A DNA stretch of 64,000 nt from an uncultured Eubacteriales bacterium. Lineage in GTDB: Bacteria; Bacillota; Clostridia; Oscillospirales; Acutalibacteraceae. Below the pieces are notes generated by a model. That model worked only from the letters and a program-made list of their open reading frames with translations. It had not been told where the DNA came from and did not search any database. Positions 17,264-30,193 of the stretch are shown piece after piece. Every line of letters starts with the position of its first letter. The first letter of the stretch is position 1. The position numbers and the translations under genes were made by a program. The stretch covers positions 20,454 to 84,453 of the forward strand of contig ONFG01000004.1 of the NCBI GenBank assembly GCA_900317025.1, read 5' to 3'.

Positions 17264-19840
17264 TTATTCGTCCGTGTTTTCCACATCGTTTTGATCTTCT
17301 GTGGAGATCTCGCCGCTTTCCTCCGTATCGGCTGTGTCGGCGTTTTCGGGAATATCCTCGCCCTCGTCCTTATCCTCGTTCGGAGAACGCGCGATAGTCA
17401 CGACCTTAGCGCCCTCAGCAAGCTTCATTACGGTAACTCCCTTGCTCGGTCTTGCGCAAACTCTGATAGTCGAGGCTGCTATCCTAATGATCGTGCCGTT
17501 GTCGGCGATGAGAATGATATCATCGTCGGTGTCGACTACCTTGATTGCCGCAACATAACCGTATTTATCGACGTGGTAGTTAAGAAGACCCTTACCGCCC
17601 CTGTTTTGGATACGATAGTCGCTTATCGGGCTTAGTCTGCCGTAGCCTGTCTCGGATACGGTGAGAACGTAGCCGCTCTCTCTTAGCCTTGCCATACCGA
17701 CAACGCAGTCGCCCTCTGAAAGCTTCATTACATGAACGCCGCGGGCGTTTCTGCTCATGGCTCTGATGTCGTTTTCATTGAAGCGTATAGCATAGCCGTA
17801 CCTTGTAGCGACAATAAGCTCGTTGCTGCCGTTTGTAAGACGTACCCACGAAAGCTCGTCGCCCTCGTCGAGGTCGAGCGCGATAAGACCGCTCTTCCTG
17901 ATCGAACGGAACTGGCTGAGCTCAACGCGCTTAATGAAGCCTTTGTTCGTGACGAATACGATGTACTTGCCCTCTTCCGGCTCGTCTTGAGGAACCTTTA
18001 TCATCGCGCTGACGCGCTCACCCTCGTCAAGCTGGATAACGGAGTTGATCTTTTCGCCCTTTGCCGTTCTGCTTGCTTCGTGGATCTCGTAGCACTTGAT
18101 CCTGTATGCCTTGCCGTGGTTTGTGAAGAACATAACGTAATCGTGGCTGTTGATGACGAACATATCGACCGCGCCGTCGTCCTCACTCTTTGCGACGCCG
18201 GCGATACCTCTGCCGCCTCTACGCTGGAGCTTGTATGTATCGGCGTTAAGGCGCTTGATGTAACCCTGGTCCGTAAGCGTGAGCACGCACTCCTCGCGGG
18301 GGATAAGGTCTTCGATATCGACCTCGCCGCTGACGCTCATAATCTCCGTTCTGCGCTCGTCGCCGTACTTATTGCGGATCTCGGTCACCTCGTCTTTTAC
18401 GATGCCGAGCTTTCTCTCCTCGCTTGCAAGAATGTCATTAAGGTCGGCGATCTTTGCGTTGAGAGCTGCGATCTCGTCCTCGATCTTAGTCTGCTCGAGG
18501 TTTGTAAGCTGTGCAAGCCTCATGTTGACGATAGCCTGAGCCTGAACGTCGTCAAGCCCAAAGCGCTCGATAAGAGATGCCTTTGCGGAGGCGGGGTCCT
18601 TACTCGAGCGGATTATCCTTACGACCTCGTCGATGTTGTCGATGGCGATCTTCAAGCCCTCTAAGATATGGAGCCTATCCTGCGCCTTTTTAAGTTCAAA
18701 CAGAGAGCGCCTTGTAATGATCTCGACCTGGAAGTTGATGTACTGCTTCAGAATATCTTTAAGCTTCAGCACCTTCGGCTCGCCGTTTACGATAGCAAGC
18801 ATGATCGCGCCGAACGTTACCTGCATCTGCGTATATGTAAAAAGCTGATTGAGAATGACCTGAGCGTTGAATTCACGCTTTACGTCGATCTCAATATGCA
18901 TTCCGTTTCTGTCTGAATGGTCTTCGATATTTGAGATTCCCTCGATCTTCTTGTCGCGGACATACTCTGCGATCGTCTCGATAAGCTTCGCCTTGTTCAC
19001 CTGATATGGCAGTTCGCTTACGATGATCTTCGCTCTGCCGCTCTTCTCCTCGACGATCTCGGTTCTAGCTCTGACGGTTATCTTTCCTCTGCCCGTGGCG
19101 TAGGTGGCTCTTATGCCGCTTCTGCCCATGATAAGACCGCCTGTGGGGAAGTCGGGCCCCTTTATGAACTCCATGATCTCGTTAAGGCCGGAGTTCGGAT
19201 TCTCGTCGTTCAGAATATCTGGGTTATCTATAAGGTAGCAAATAGCGTCGATCGTCTCGCTAAGATTGTGCGGCGGGATATTCGTCGCCATACCTACGGC
19301 GATACCTGTACTGCCGTTTACGAGCAGATTCGGAAACCTTGTCGGAAGGACGGACGGCTCCTTTCTTGTGTCGTCGTAGTTCGAGGTGAAATCTACCGTA
19401 TCTTTGTCGATATCGCGGAGCATCTCAACGGATATCTTGCTCATTCTAGACTCGGTGTAACGGTAAGCAGCAGGCGGGTCGCCGTCGACGCTACCAAAGT
19501 TGCCGTGACCGTCGACAAGCGGATATCTCATGCTGAAATCCTGCGCAAGTCTTACGAGAGCGTCGTAAACGGATGCATCACCGTGGGGGTGGTACTTACC
19601 GAGCACGTCGCCGACGGTGGTAGCGCACTTCTTGTAGGGCGCAGTAGGAAGGATATTATTCTCGTATTTTGCGTACAGTATCCTTCTGTGAACCGGCTTC
19701 AAACCGTCTCTTACGTCGGGCAGCGCGCGGCTCACAATAACGGACATGGAGTAGTCAAGGAACGACTTCCGCATTTCCTTGTCCAAGTCTACATCTATGA
19801 TTCGGGATTCGGGAATACCCGGGTTAAATTCGTTATCCAT
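17264..19840 (-). CDS. gyrA: DNA gyrase subunit A
   Basis: 858 aa with [18 protein letters not shown], the active-site region [10 protein letters not shown]-terminal beta-pinwheel repeats and an acidic tail. Confidence 0.97.
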   Translation of the reverse strand: MDNEFNPGIPESRIIDVDLDKEMRKSFLDYSMSVIVSRALPDVRDGLKPVHRRILYAKYENNILPTAPYKKCATTVGDVLGKYHPHGDASVYDALVRLAQDFSMRYPLVDGHGNFGSVDGDPPAAYRYTESRMSKISVEMLRDIDKDTVDFTSNYDDTRKEPSVLPTRFPNLLVNGSTGIAVGMATNIPPHNLSETIDAICYLIDNPDILNDENPNSGLNEIMEFIKGPDFPTGGLIMGRSGIRATYATGRGKITVRARTEIVEEKSGRAKIIVSELPYQVNKAKLIETIAEYVRDKKIEGISNIEDHSDRNGMHIEIDVKREFNAQVILNQLFTYTQMQVTFGAIMLAIVNGEPKVLKLKDILKQYINFQVEIITRRSLFELKKAQDRLHILEGLKIAIDNIDEVVRIIRSSKDPASAKASLIERFGLDDVQAQAIVNMRLAQLTNLEQTKIEDEIAALNAKIADLNDILASEERKLGIVKDEVTEIRNKYGDERRTEIMSVSGEVDIEDLIPREECVLTLTDQGYIKRLNADTYKLQRRGGRGIAGVAKSEDDGAVDMFVINSHDYVMFFTNHGKAYRIKCYEIHEASRTAKGEKINSVIQLDEGERVSAMIKVPQDEPEEGKYIVFVTNKGFIKRVELSQFRSIRKSGLIALDLDEGDELSWVRLTNGSNELIVATRYGYAIRFNENDIRAMSRNARGVHVMKLSEGDCVVGMARLRESGYVLTVSETGYGRLSPISDYRIQNRGGKGLLNYHVDKYGYVAAIKVVDTDDDIILIADNGTIIRIAASTIRVCARPSKGVTVMKLAEGAKVVTIARSPNEDKDEGEDIPENADTADTEESGEISTEDQNDVENTDE

Positions 19841-19879
19841 GTTATCCTCAACTTCTTAACGGGTGTGTATGGTTTACAA

Positions 19880-22035
<2,156 letters not shown>

Positions 22036-22143
22036 ATATTGCTTTTCCAATAAGTTCTTTCGGTGCTTACGCAATGCCTTTTGACGATCTCCGTTCTTAT
22101 AAGAAAAACGCGAAGCATCTCCGAAATTATTCAGTCTTCAGTA

Positions 22144-22557
22144 TTAATCAAACGTCGTTCCTTTGAGAGGGTTCTCGTCGAACTCGACTTCGTTGTACTT
22201 TGTCTTCTTATGCCTGCGGCGGTTTTTCTTTCGCTTCGGCTCAGGGTCGCGCTGACCCTCTATCTCAAAAAGCCTTACGTTAAGCGGTGTGAGCGCGAGA
22301 TAAATTATTATAACGCCCACCGTCAATATAATATTTGGCAAAAGCGTTTTATTATTCTCGCTGAAAAGCATAAGCGTATTCAGCGTTATCAGCAGTGCTG
22401 CAAATACGACAGCTAGCTTTACACAGCGTGCTCTGTATTTTACCTGTGAAAGCTTTCCGCACTTTCTGCATTTCATCGTCTTACCGCTCATTAAAGATGC
22501 ACTCGCCTTATATCCGAGTTTCTTTCCGCAGTAGGGGCATTCGGGCAGCTTGAACAT
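22144..22557 (-). CDS. Zinc-ribbon membrane protein (CPYC...CRKC, 2 TM, basic tail), uncharacterised
   Basis: 137 aa: MFKLPECPYCGKKLGYKASASLMSGKTMKCRKCGKLSQVKY, then two hydrophobic helices, then KRKKNRRRHKKTK. It is a paralog of the N-terminus of the upstream 962-aa protein. Confidence 0.8.
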   Translation of the reverse strand: MFKLPECPYCGKKLGYKASASLMSGKTMKCRKCGKLSQVKYRARCVKLAVVFAALLITLNTLMLFSENNKTLLPNIILTVGVIIIYLALTPLNVRLFEIEGQRDPEPKRKKNRRRHKKTKYNEVEFDENPLKGTTFD

Positions 22558-22586
22558 TTCAGATTTTTACCTTTCGTTTGACCGTA

Positions 22587-25475
22587 TCAGTGATTTTCGC
22601 CGAAGTATTCGTCAGCCTGACGCTTTATTTTTTTCTTCTTCTGCGAAACCTTAGAGCGGACGTTATCAGTCTCTTTCAAGCTTATACCCTTTGACTTGCG
22701 TTTTCCGCCCTCGTTGTTGATTTGATCCTGGCTGAGTCTTGCCTGCTTCATCTGCTCACGTCTGATTTGTTCTGCCTTATCGGCGTTGCTCTGGCGGCGC
22801 TGCTGCTCTGCCTTATTCCTTTCAGACTGAGCCTTTTTGCGCTCTATCTCGCTGAGCTTCTTTTCATTCTCTTCGCGGCGCTTCTCAGCGTCGGCTCTCT
22901 CTGCGATAATTTTCGCTTTATCCTGTGAGGTAAGCTTCTTCTGCGGCTCGCTTTCCATCTCAGCCTTTACTTTGTCGAAGATCTCCTTCTCGGCGGCTGC
23001 GTAGCTGTCCTGCTTGACCGGCTCAAAAACCTTTGTGTAGCTCTTTTTATCGGAGCTTTCGCTCGTCGCACCGCTTCTGCTCTTTCTTTCGGAACGCTCA
23101 GCTTTTACCGCGCTTTGAGGTGCGGTTTTTTTTTCCTTATCTCTAGCCCTGCGCCTTGCTTCCTTATCGGCAAGTCTGCGCTCGCGTTCTTCCTGTTCAA
23201 ACAGTTCCTGACGCTCGCTCTCTGTTGCCTCGATTATTCTTTTTTTAATTCTTCCGAAGAAGCCAAGCTCCTCGCTGCTCTTTTGAGTATTTTCTTTCTT
23301 TTCGGCATTACGCTGAGCTTCCTCACGTGCGCGGCGAAGTCTCTCTTCTGTCTGAGCCTTTCTTTTTTTCTCATTTTCTTCGGCTTCAGCGGCAGCAGCC
23401 TTTGCGGCGTTCGGGAATTTTTTCTCGTAGCGTGAAAGAGGCTGTTCCTCCTCCGGCTCGTCTATAACATCTTTGAGGTCTTCTTCCTCTTCGTCCTCGT
23501 TCTCTTCTTCCTCTTCTTTTTCGTCGCTGTTGCTCTCTATGTCTTCTTTGCTGTCTTCTTCGGGATCCACGTCGAACTCATCATCCTCTTCTTCATCGGA
23601 TGCTTCGTCGGCTCCCTCTTTGTAGCTGGAAGTCTGATACTCCGAAAGATCCAGCTCCTCCTGGAACGACTTTTCCTCGTCCTTTTCGCTGTCAGAGTAA
23701 TCTACGACAAAAGCTTCTTCTTCCACGGAGTCTTCAGCCTGATCTTCTTGTTCTTCCTCTGTATCTTCTTCGTTCTCTTCATCAAACAGATCGTCGATAT
23801 CCTCTTCGTCCTCATCGAGAGTATCGTCTTCTGCTTGAAATTCTTCCTCGCTGTCTTCGTCGTCGGGCTCGTCTGAATCGAATAATTCCTCCTTATCCTC
23901 CTCGCCGTCGTTTTCCACATCTTCCTCAACGAGTGTGAATGAAGGCTCGATCTCTTTTACGATTTCCTCTTTGATTTCCGCTTCAATCTCCGAATTCTCT
24001 TCCTTTTCGAGAGTAATCAAGCTTACTTCTTCGGTCTGCTCTTCAACGTCCTGCTCTGTCTCTTCGGAAGTTTCTTCCTCTTCGGGCTCCTCGGATTCCT
24101 CTTCATTTTCGGAAGGCTCGCCGAAGCTCATCATCTTGTCTATCTCTTCTTCGATCTGCTGCTCTGCAAGTCGAAGGTCGCCGATATCTTCGTCCTCATC
24201 TTCGCTCTTTTCAAGCTCCGGCTCTTTTTCTGCTGTTTCCGGCTCTTCATCCTCTGCTGCTTCCGGCTCTGCCTCAGCGGGTGCAGTTACTTCTTCTTCA
24301 GGCTTAGCTTTTTCTTCATCAAAAAAGCTTACGTGGATAACGCTGCTCTCGGGATAATACTCAAAAAGCTTGCTTTCCGCCTTTTCCGGCTCGTCAATCT
24401 CATCTTTCTTCTCCTCTTCAAAAACAGGTTCGGGGCCTTTTTCCGGCTCAAGCTCAGGCTTCACGCCGAACTCCTGTTCTTCCTCCTCGCTCGGAGCGGA
24501 ATCAAAGATATTCATGATCTCCTCGTCTTCCTTTTCGTCCTCCGTCGGTTCGGACTGCGCTGGTATCTCCTGCGTAAATATATCTACGTGAAGTTCTTCA
24601 AGCGTAACCGGGAAATAAACGAAATCCACCTCTGTGGTCTTTGTCATTTTATGGTAAACAGGCTCACGCACTTTAGCGGTTTTTACCTGCGGCTTATCCT
24701 CTTTTTCTTCGTGAGAGCTGCTGAAAATATCCTCGGCACTGCCGCTCTGCCTGTAGCTTTCGGTAAAGCCAAACTGATAGCTTACAGGCTCGTTTTCTTC
24801 CTCTTCTTTTGCGTCGATCTCGTCAAACTCTTCGTTTTTTGTCTCCGCTTCTTCTTCCTTGTCGGAGTAATCTCCCATAACACTCCATGAACGGTCTCTG
24901 TAATCGCTTTGAGTATCGCTTTCGTCTTCTTCATAAGAAGCAGGATCCTTCTTCGGCTCCTCATCGTCATCGTCTACGATAACATATGTCTTTATAAAGC
25001 TGTTGAATCTATCCTTGAATGAACCGCTTTTCTTTCCCATATTATTCAGCTCCTCTTGGCTGCTTTTCTTTTCTTCTCTCTTAACTTTTTCAGGCTCCGC
25101 TTTCTTCTTTTGTCGGGAGCTTTTGGGGCTTTTTTTCTTTTTTCCTGCTACCGGCGTTCGCGCTCGCTCTCCCTTTATGGGGTCCAGATAAAAATACAGC
25201 GGCGTTAAAAAGAAGAACACCGCGAACGGTATGAGCACTATCGCGCAGGCAAGGGCAAGATTCTTTATTATGTTCATCTTAAACAGAAGCGCTGCGGTGC
25301 CGACGGCTATCACAAGAATGATCGCCGTCGTGATATAGATCTTTCTGCTGTAGGAAATATTGGAATTCTTGTTGCAGTGGGGGCAGGTATGCTCGCCGCT
25401 GCTTATCTCGGACAAAGCCCCGAAATACGAGACCTCGCCTCCGCAATAAGGACACCTTCTAATGTTCTTGCCCAT
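22587..25475 (-). CDS. Zinc-ribbon membrane protein with giant polyacidic and ER/K-rich cytoplasmic tail (962 aa)
   Basis: ORF 22587..25499. ATG 25475 (MGKNIRRCPYCGGEV..., SD AAAGGGA) is preferred, and the TTG at 25499 forming TTGA with the remB stop is the alternative. Order of elements: CPYC/CPHC ribbon, 2 TM, KKKKSPKSSRQKKK, about 520 aa dominated by E/D, about 270 aa of E/R/K/Q-rich helix-like sequence, then a basic end. Confidence 0.85.
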   Translation of the reverse strand: MGKNIRRCPYCGGEVSYFGALSEISSGEHTCPHCNKNSNISYSRKIYITTAIILVIAVGTAALLFKMNIIKNLALACAIVLIPFAVFFFLTPLYFYLDPIKGERARTPVAGKKKKSPKSSRQKKKAEPEKVKREEKKSSQEELNNMGKKSGSFKDRFNSFIKTYVIVDDDDEEPKKDPASYEEDESDTQSDYRDRSWSVMGDYSDKEEEAETKNEEFDEIDAKEEEENEPVSYQFGFTESYRQSGSAEDIFSSSHEEKEDKPQVKTAKVREPVYHKMTKTTEVDFVYFPVTLEELHVDIFTQEIPAQSEPTEDEKEDEEIMNIFDSAPSEEEEQEFGVKPELEPEKGPEPVFEEEKKDEIDEPEKAESKLFEYYPESSVIHVSFFDEEKAKPEEEVTAPAEAEPEAAEDEEPETAEKEPELEKSEDEDEDIGDLRLAEQQIEEEIDKMMSFGEPSENEEESEEPEEEETSEETEQDVEEQTEEVSLITLEKEENSEIEAEIKEEIVKEIEPSFTLVEEDVENDGEEDKEELFDSDEPDDEDSEEEFQAEDDTLDEDEEDIDDLFDEENEEDTEEEQEDQAEDSVEEEAFVVDYSDSEKDEEKSFQEELDLSEYQTSSYKEGADEASDEEEDDEFDVDPEEDSKEDIESNSDEKEEEEENEDEEEEDLKDVIDEPEEEQPLSRYEKKFPNAAKAAAAEAEENEKKRKAQTEERLRRAREEAQRNAEKKENTQKSSEELGFFGRIKKRIIEATESERQELFEQEERERRLADKEARRRARDKEKKTAPQSAVKAERSERKSRSGATSESSDKKSYTKVFEPVKQDSYAAAEKEIFDKVKAEMESEPQKKLTSQDKAKIIAERADAEKRREENEKKLSEIERKKAQSERNKAEQQRRQSNADKAEQIRREQMKQARLSQDQINNEGGKRKSKGISLKETDNVRSKVSQKKKKIKRQADEYFGENH

Positions 25476-25495
25476 AACATTTTCCCTTTCGGATA

Positions 25496-25750
25496 TCAAT
25501 AATTTGAAGCGCAGCGTTTGAGAAGTGTCTGAGAAGACAGCTGGCTGATATAAATCTTTATCCCGCCATCTTCATACGCCGCAACAAACGACCTCGGCAG
25601 CTCATAAGAAACGGTAACCACCCGCCCCTCACGCTCTGCCAGTGCAAGGTAATTTCTCGTATTTTTTGATATGGTCGAGGTATCAAGATCAAATATCCCG
25701 ATTATCGAGGTCTTTAGTATCACGACGTCCGATCCAAGATGAAGATACAT
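25496..25750 (-). CDS. remB: DUF370 protein (RemB/YaaB-like)
   Basis: ORF 25496..25846 trimmed to ATG 25750 (MYLHLGSDVVILKTSIIGIFDLD...SQLSSQTLLKR) with GGGAGAGG upstream. The size (84 aa), the pattern and the position after recF match DUF370/RemB. Confidence 0.8.
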   Translation of the reverse strand: MYLHLGSDVVILKTSIIGIFDLDTSTISKNTRNYLALAEREGRVVTVSYELPRSFVAAYEDGGIKIYISQLSSQTLLKRCASNY

Positions 25751-26010
25751 AGCATAACCTCTCCCGATAAAATACACTTGAAAGCTCCTGTTTTTCGCCA
25801 GAATGCCCTGTAACGGTTTTTCGAGCATAAACTGCAGAAACTCCATTTTATATTATAACATATTTAAAGGGCTTTGTGGGCGATTCTACGAAATTTTTTT
25901 TGAAAATTTTTATATTTTTTCGAGTGAAAAACGGTTTAAAAAGATCGGATAAATATCTCTTGATAAAATAAACAAAAAGTACGCGATAAATTATGCATTA
26001 GTGACTACTA

Positions 26011-27120
26011 TCAAGCTTCTATCCTGCCGCCGTTTATCTTAAAAAGCTTACCGTCTTTAAGCCTTTCAACAGACGCCGCCTCACAGCACGTAATAAATAC
26101 CTGACGGTCGCCGATCTCGTTCAAAAGAAACTCCTGCCGCGTTGAATCAAGCTCACTCAAAACGTCGTCAAGAAGAACGAGAGGCTCCTCCGAAACAGAA
26201 AGCTTTATAAGCTCCTCCTCGGCTATCTTCATCGAGAGCACGCAGCTTCTCTGCTGCCCCTGCGACCCAAAGGTACGCACGCTCCCGCCGTTTATCGTTA
26301 TATCTATATCGTCCCTGTGAGGACCTATCGTCGTAAATCCCGCTGAAAGATCCTCCCGTCTGTTTTTCTGCATATAGTTGAGCATATAGTCGCGGGCACT
26401 GTCCGCCGACGCCCTGTATTCCTTTGGAATAGTGCTCGAGTATGATATCTCCAGCGCTTCACGCCCGTGAGATATCCCGTCGTGGTAACGGCTTGCACAT
26501 TCGCAAAGCCGCTCTACATATTTCATGCGTATCCTGACGATCCCCGCTCCAAGAGATGCAAGGCGAATATCCCACGCGTCAAGCGTATCGGCAAGCTCCG
26601 GATGAGCCGGGATATCCTTTAGCAGCGTGTTCCGCTGGGCAAGCGTTCGTTTGTACTCCGACAAAGCCTCCTTAAAGCTCGGCTTTATCTGGCAGACCGC
26701 GCCGTCGATAAAGCTTCGGCGCTCGGACGGACCGCTCTTCACAAGAGACAAATGCTCCGGAGAAAATACGACCGCGCAAAGCCTTCCGAGAAGCGCCGAG
26801 GTACTCGGCTGATTAACACCGTTTAAAAGTATCTCTTTTTTACCTTTTGCGTAAACGATCTCAGCCGACTGCTCTCTTCCTTCGGAGAAAAAATCGGCGT
26901 GAAGCTTAGCGTGATCGCTTCCGAAGCCAATAAGCTCGCTATCTTTAGCGCCGCGAAAGCTCCTGTTACCGCTTAAAAGCCAGATCGCTTCAACAAGGTT
27001 CGTTTTCCCCTGCGCATTCGTTCCGTAGATAACGTTCACGCCGGGGCAGGGGCGTATCTCGCTGTTTTCAAGGTTGCGAAAGCCCTCAAAGCGAAGCGAA
27101 GTCACCCTCATTTTGCGCAC
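26011..27120 (-). CDS. recF: DNA replication and repair protein RecF
   Basis: 369 aa with Walker [14 protein letters not shown], the signature region SQGQQRS and Walker [11 protein letters not shown]. Confidence 0.95.
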   Translation of the reverse strand: MRKMRVTSLRFEGFRNLENSEIRPCPGVNVIYGTNAQGKTNLVEAIWLLSGNRSFRGAKDSELIGFGSDHAKLHADFFSEGREQSAEIVYAKGKKEILLNGVNQPSTSALLGRLCAVVFSPEHLSLVKSGPSERRSFIDGAVCQIKPSFKEALSEYKRTLAQRNTLLKDIPAHPELADTLDAWDIRLASLGAGIVRIRMKYVERLCECASRYHDGISHGREALEISYSSTIPKEYRASADSARDYMLNYMQKNRREDLSAGFTTIGPHRDDIDITINGGSVRTFGSQGQQRSCVLSMKIAEEELIKLSVSEEPLVLLDDVLSELDSTRQEFLLNEIGDRQVFITCCEAASVERLKDGKLFKINGGRIEA

Positions 27121-27323
27121 ACCTCAAGCACTATGCCGTTGCACTCGGCTTTGTCGCCCGGGCGCATTTTCTTGCCTCTCATAGTGCAGACCTCTCCGTT
27201 TACGAGAACTCCGCCGTTCTGAACGAGAAGCTTTGCCTGCCCGCCCGTGCCGAAGCCCGCTATTTTCAAAAGGCTGTCGAGCTTGATAAACTCTGTATCA
27301 ATATATATTTTTTCGGTCTTCAA
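27108..27323 (-). CDS. yaaA: S4-domain RNA-binding protein (YaaA/RlbA-like)
   Basis: 71 aa: [45 protein letters not shown] is an S4-like fold signature. It occupies the conserved slot between dnaN and recF. Confidence 0.85.
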   Translation of the reverse strand: MKTEKIYIDTEFIKLDSLLKIAGFGTGGQAKLLVQNGGVLVNGEVCTMRGKKMRPGDKAECNGIVLEVCAK

Positions 27324-27340
27324 ATTTATTCCACTCCTTA

Positions 27341-28435
27341 TCAGATCCTCATCGGAACGACCAGGATCAGGAAGCTGTCGCCGTTTACCGGTAGGATCTT
27401 GAGAGGTCTGTTAGGACCGTTGAACTCAAAGATAAGCTCGTCGGCGTCTACGTTTTTTACTGCGTCAAGCATATAGCGGTTATTAAAACCGATCTCGATC
27501 TCCTCGCCGTCAAAATCAAGGTTGATGTAGTCGCTCGCCTTACCAACTGCCGTCGTACAGAATATCTTGATTCCCTCGTCGGCAACGATAAGGTGAACGG
27601 GCTGCTGCATCTTGTCGCTTGTAAGAAGAGACATTCTCTCGACCGACGAGATGATCTTTCTAGTCTCGACCGTCAGAGTCGTTGCGCTGCCCTTCGGGAT
27701 AGTATCCTTATAGCTTACGTATTTGCCCTCGATGAGTCTCGAAACGACGGAGTAACCCTCGATCTTAAAGACTGCGTGCTTCTTTCCGACGACTACGGTA
27801 ACGGGGCTTTCGTCGTCACAGGTGATCTTTAGCAGCTCGCCGAGAGTCTTCTTTGGGAGTATGAATTCAAATTTTTTATCGGTGTCGATCTTTTCACGCC
27901 TTACCGACATTCTGAAGCCGTCTATAGACACGAGGTTGAGGTAACCGCCGTCAACGTCGAAGAGCGAGCCCATCAGAGCAGGCTTTGCGGGATTGTCACT
28001 GATAGCGTAGAACGTATCACGGATCATAGTCTTAAGTACTCCCGCCTCAATAGAGAACGTCTGAAGCGTATCGAAGCTCGGCAGCTCCGGATATTCATAA
28101 GATGAGATACCGATGATCTGATAGTCGGCTACGCCGGAATTCACATATGCAAGCAGCTTATCGTCCGTTTCGAGCGTGATGATCTCATCGGGCATACGCT
28201 TTACTATTTCTGAGAAAAGACGTGCACTGAGAACGATGTCGCCCTCTTCAACGACTGTTGCCGCGATCTCCGTTGTAATGCCGATATCAAGGTCATAACC
28301 GCAAAGAACTGCGGTAGAGCCGTGAGCTTTGATAAGTATACCCTCAAGAGAGGGATTGGAGCTTTTTGTCGATACGGCTCTCTGAACTGTCGTTACCGCA
28401 GAGACCAGCTCCGTCTGATTGAATACAGCCTTCAT
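27341..28435 (-). CDS. dnaN: DNA polymerase III beta sliding clamp
   Basis: ORF 27341..28591 trimmed to ATG 28435 ([37 protein letters not shown]...). This gives 364 aa, a typical clamp length, and the sequence ends ...LILVVPMRI. Confidence 0.93.
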   Translation of the reverse strand: MKAVFNQTELVSAVTTVQRAVSTKSSNPSLEGILIKAHGSTAVLCGYDLDIGITTEIAATVVEEGDIVLSARLFSEIVKRMPDEIITLETDDKLLAYVNSGVADYQIIGISSYEYPELPSFDTLQTFSIEAGVLKTMIRDTFYAISDNPAKPALMGSLFDVDGGYLNLVSIDGFRMSVRREKIDTDKKFEFILPKKTLGELLKITCDDESPVTVVVGKKHAVFKIEGYSVVSRLIEGKYVSYKDTIPKGSATTLTVETRKIISSVERMSLLTSDKMQQPVHLIVADEGIKIFCTTAVGKASDYINLDFDGEEIEIGFNNRYMLDAVKNVDADELIFEFNGPNRPLKILPVNGDSFLILVVPMRI

Positions 28436-28864
28436 GCTTTTGTTTCCTTTCATTTTTCTGTCAGAGCAATGATCTTGTTCGCATTTTTCGACCGAACGGG
28501 AGAAAAAGCGAAAATTTTCTATATGGGAGCGAAGCTCCTTAAATAATAGATAATAATATATAGTATATTTAGTAGTAGTAGTAGGGGGCAAGGAAAAGTG
28601 GAAATCACCAATGATCCCGCGCCATCAGCGGGAAAATCGTTCGTAACGTATTTTCACTTGTTTGAACATTCTTAACAGGTGAAAATGGAACTATGTGGAA
28701 TATGAGGAAAAGTCTATGTGGAATGTTATGGAAATGTTGATAACTCGATGCTTGTTCTTGCAACTTGAGTCGAACACTTTATGAATAAATTATGAACAAA
28801 AGGGCGTTTATTTTTCATAAATAATGAAAGAAACTTCTTTCATTATTACTCCCTGTAATCTTTG
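28436..28864. other. oriC segment (dnaA-dnaN spacer) with DnaA-box-like 9-mers
   Basis: TGTTGATAA at 28735-28743 has 1 mismatch to TGTGGATAA. The 11-mer CTATGTGGAAT repeats directly at 28691 and 28714, with boxes at 28694-28702 and 28717-28725. The context is AT-rich. The position is as in the bipartite oriC of Bacillus and Clostridia. Confidence 0.6.
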
Positions 28865-30193
28865 TTACATATCCTGTATATTCTTTATAATGTCTTCGAC
28901 TGTCTCTTTAAGACGAATATCCTTTTCGAGCTTCTTTTCCATTTCCTGATTTGTGTAGACGATGGTCGAGTAGTGTCTGCCGCCGAACTCCTCGCCGATA
29001 GCGGTCATTGAAAGACCTGTTACCTGGCGAACTATGTAAATAGCAACGTGTCTGGCATTGCTGAGGTTAGCGCGCCTGTTCTTGACAGAGCGGATATCCT
29101 CGGGGCTTACGCCGTAAGTTCTTGCGACCTCTTCGATTATCTTCTCTACTGTTACAGGGACGGGGACGTCGTTCGTCTGAACGTCGGAGATTACCTCCTG
29201 AGCAATCGCAATAGACGGCTTTTCTCCGTTGAGGTAGCTTTTCGCTTTTATCTTTTTTACGACGCCTTCGAGCTGGCGGACATTAGTCTTGAGCTTGTTT
29301 GCTATGTACTCACAGATGTCGTCGGGAATCTCAAAGTCGAGAGATTCCGCCTTGCTTTTGAGAATCGCTATCCTCGTTTCGATATCCGGCGGCTGAATGT
29401 CTGCGATAAGACCCCACTCAAAGCGGGTGCGAAGGCGCTCTTCGAGCGTCTTTATTTCCTTCGGCGGGCGGTCTGAGGTGAGGACTATCTGCTTCTTTGC
29501 TTCATAAAGAGCATTGAAGGTGTGGAAGAATTCCTCCTGAGTCGACTCCTTGCCTCCGATAAACTGAACGTCGTCGACGAGAAGAACGTCGGCGTTTCTA
29601 TATTTCTGTCGGAACTCCGCTTGATTTACGTGACGCAGAGAATCTACGATCTCGTTTGTGAAGTCGTCACCTTTAACGTATGCGATCTTCATGTCGGGAT
29701 CGTTGCTCAGAACCTCGTTGCGGATAGCGTGAAGAAGGTGAGTTTTTCCGAGACCTGAGTTACCGTAGATGAAAAGCGGGTTGTATGCGCCGCCGGGATT
29801 CTGTGCAACCGCGAGAGACGCTGCGTGAGCAAATTTATTTGAAGAGCCTACGATGTAGTTATCGAAGGTTAGCGGCGCATCGTCGTCGTCCGAGCGTTCG
29901 TTTTCATCTGCCTTTGATTCGGGAAGCTCGACCTCCTCGGGGATGACGAGCTTTATGTCAAAGGTCTGACCGAATATCTCGGCGAAAGCGTCTCTTATTA
30001 ATGAAAGGTAACAGCGTGTTACCGTTTCGCGGTGGAATGCATTCGGCACGAGCAGCTTGATCTGATAAATGCCGAAATCGATATCCTGCGGCTCAATACG
30101 GCTGATCCACGTCTGAAAAGCCACCTTTGTGATCCTTTGCTTGCAGTAGTCGCAAACAAGCGGCCATGTTTCATTAAATGAATCCATAGTCAA
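28865..30193 (-). CDS. dnaA: Chromosomal replication initiator protein DnaA
   Basis: 442 aa with AAA+ Walker A GNSGLGKTHLLHA, Walker B LLVDDVQF and a C-terminal DNA-binding domain (..RHVAIYIVRQVTGLS...IGEEFGGRHYSTIVY). TTG 30193 and ATG 30187 are both candidate starts. Confidence 0.97.
   Translation of the reverse strand: MTMDSFNETWPLVCDYCKQRITKVAFQTWISRIEPQDIDFGIYQIKLLVPNAFHRETVTRCYLSLIRDAFAEIFGQTFDIKLVIPEEVELPESKADENERSDDDDAPLTFDNYIVGSSNKFAHAASLAVAQNPGGAYNPLFIYGNSGLGKTHLLHAIRNEVLSNDPDMKIAYVKGDDFTNEIVDSLRHVNQAEFRQKYRNADVLLVDDVQFIGGKESTQEEFFHTFNALYEAKKQIVLTSDRPPKEIKTLEERLRTRFEWGLIADIQPPDIETRIAILKSKAESLDFEIPDDICEYIANKLKTNVRQLEGVVKKIKAKSYLNGEKPSIAIAQEVISDVQTNDVPVPVTVEKIIEEVARTYGVSPEDIRSVKNRRANLSNARHVAIYIVRQVTGLSMTAIGEEFGGRHYSTIVYTNQEMEKKLEKDIRLKETVEDIIKNIQDM

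Noticed and set aside
22900-24950. Apparent DNA-level tandem repeats (GAA/GAG/GAT-rich; TCTTC/CTCCTC-rich on the plus strand)
   Set aside because: This is the coding consequence of the polyacidic tract of the 962-aa protein. I could define no fixed repeat unit. The many short ORFs in other frames there (for example 23935-24357 and 24333-24890) are by-products of the low complexity.
28568-28585. (TAG)n microsatellite (AGTAGTAGTAGTAG) upstream of dnaN
   Set aside because: It has only 4-5 units in an AT-rich spacer with no evident function. It simply closes the spurious N-terminal extension of the dnaN ORF.
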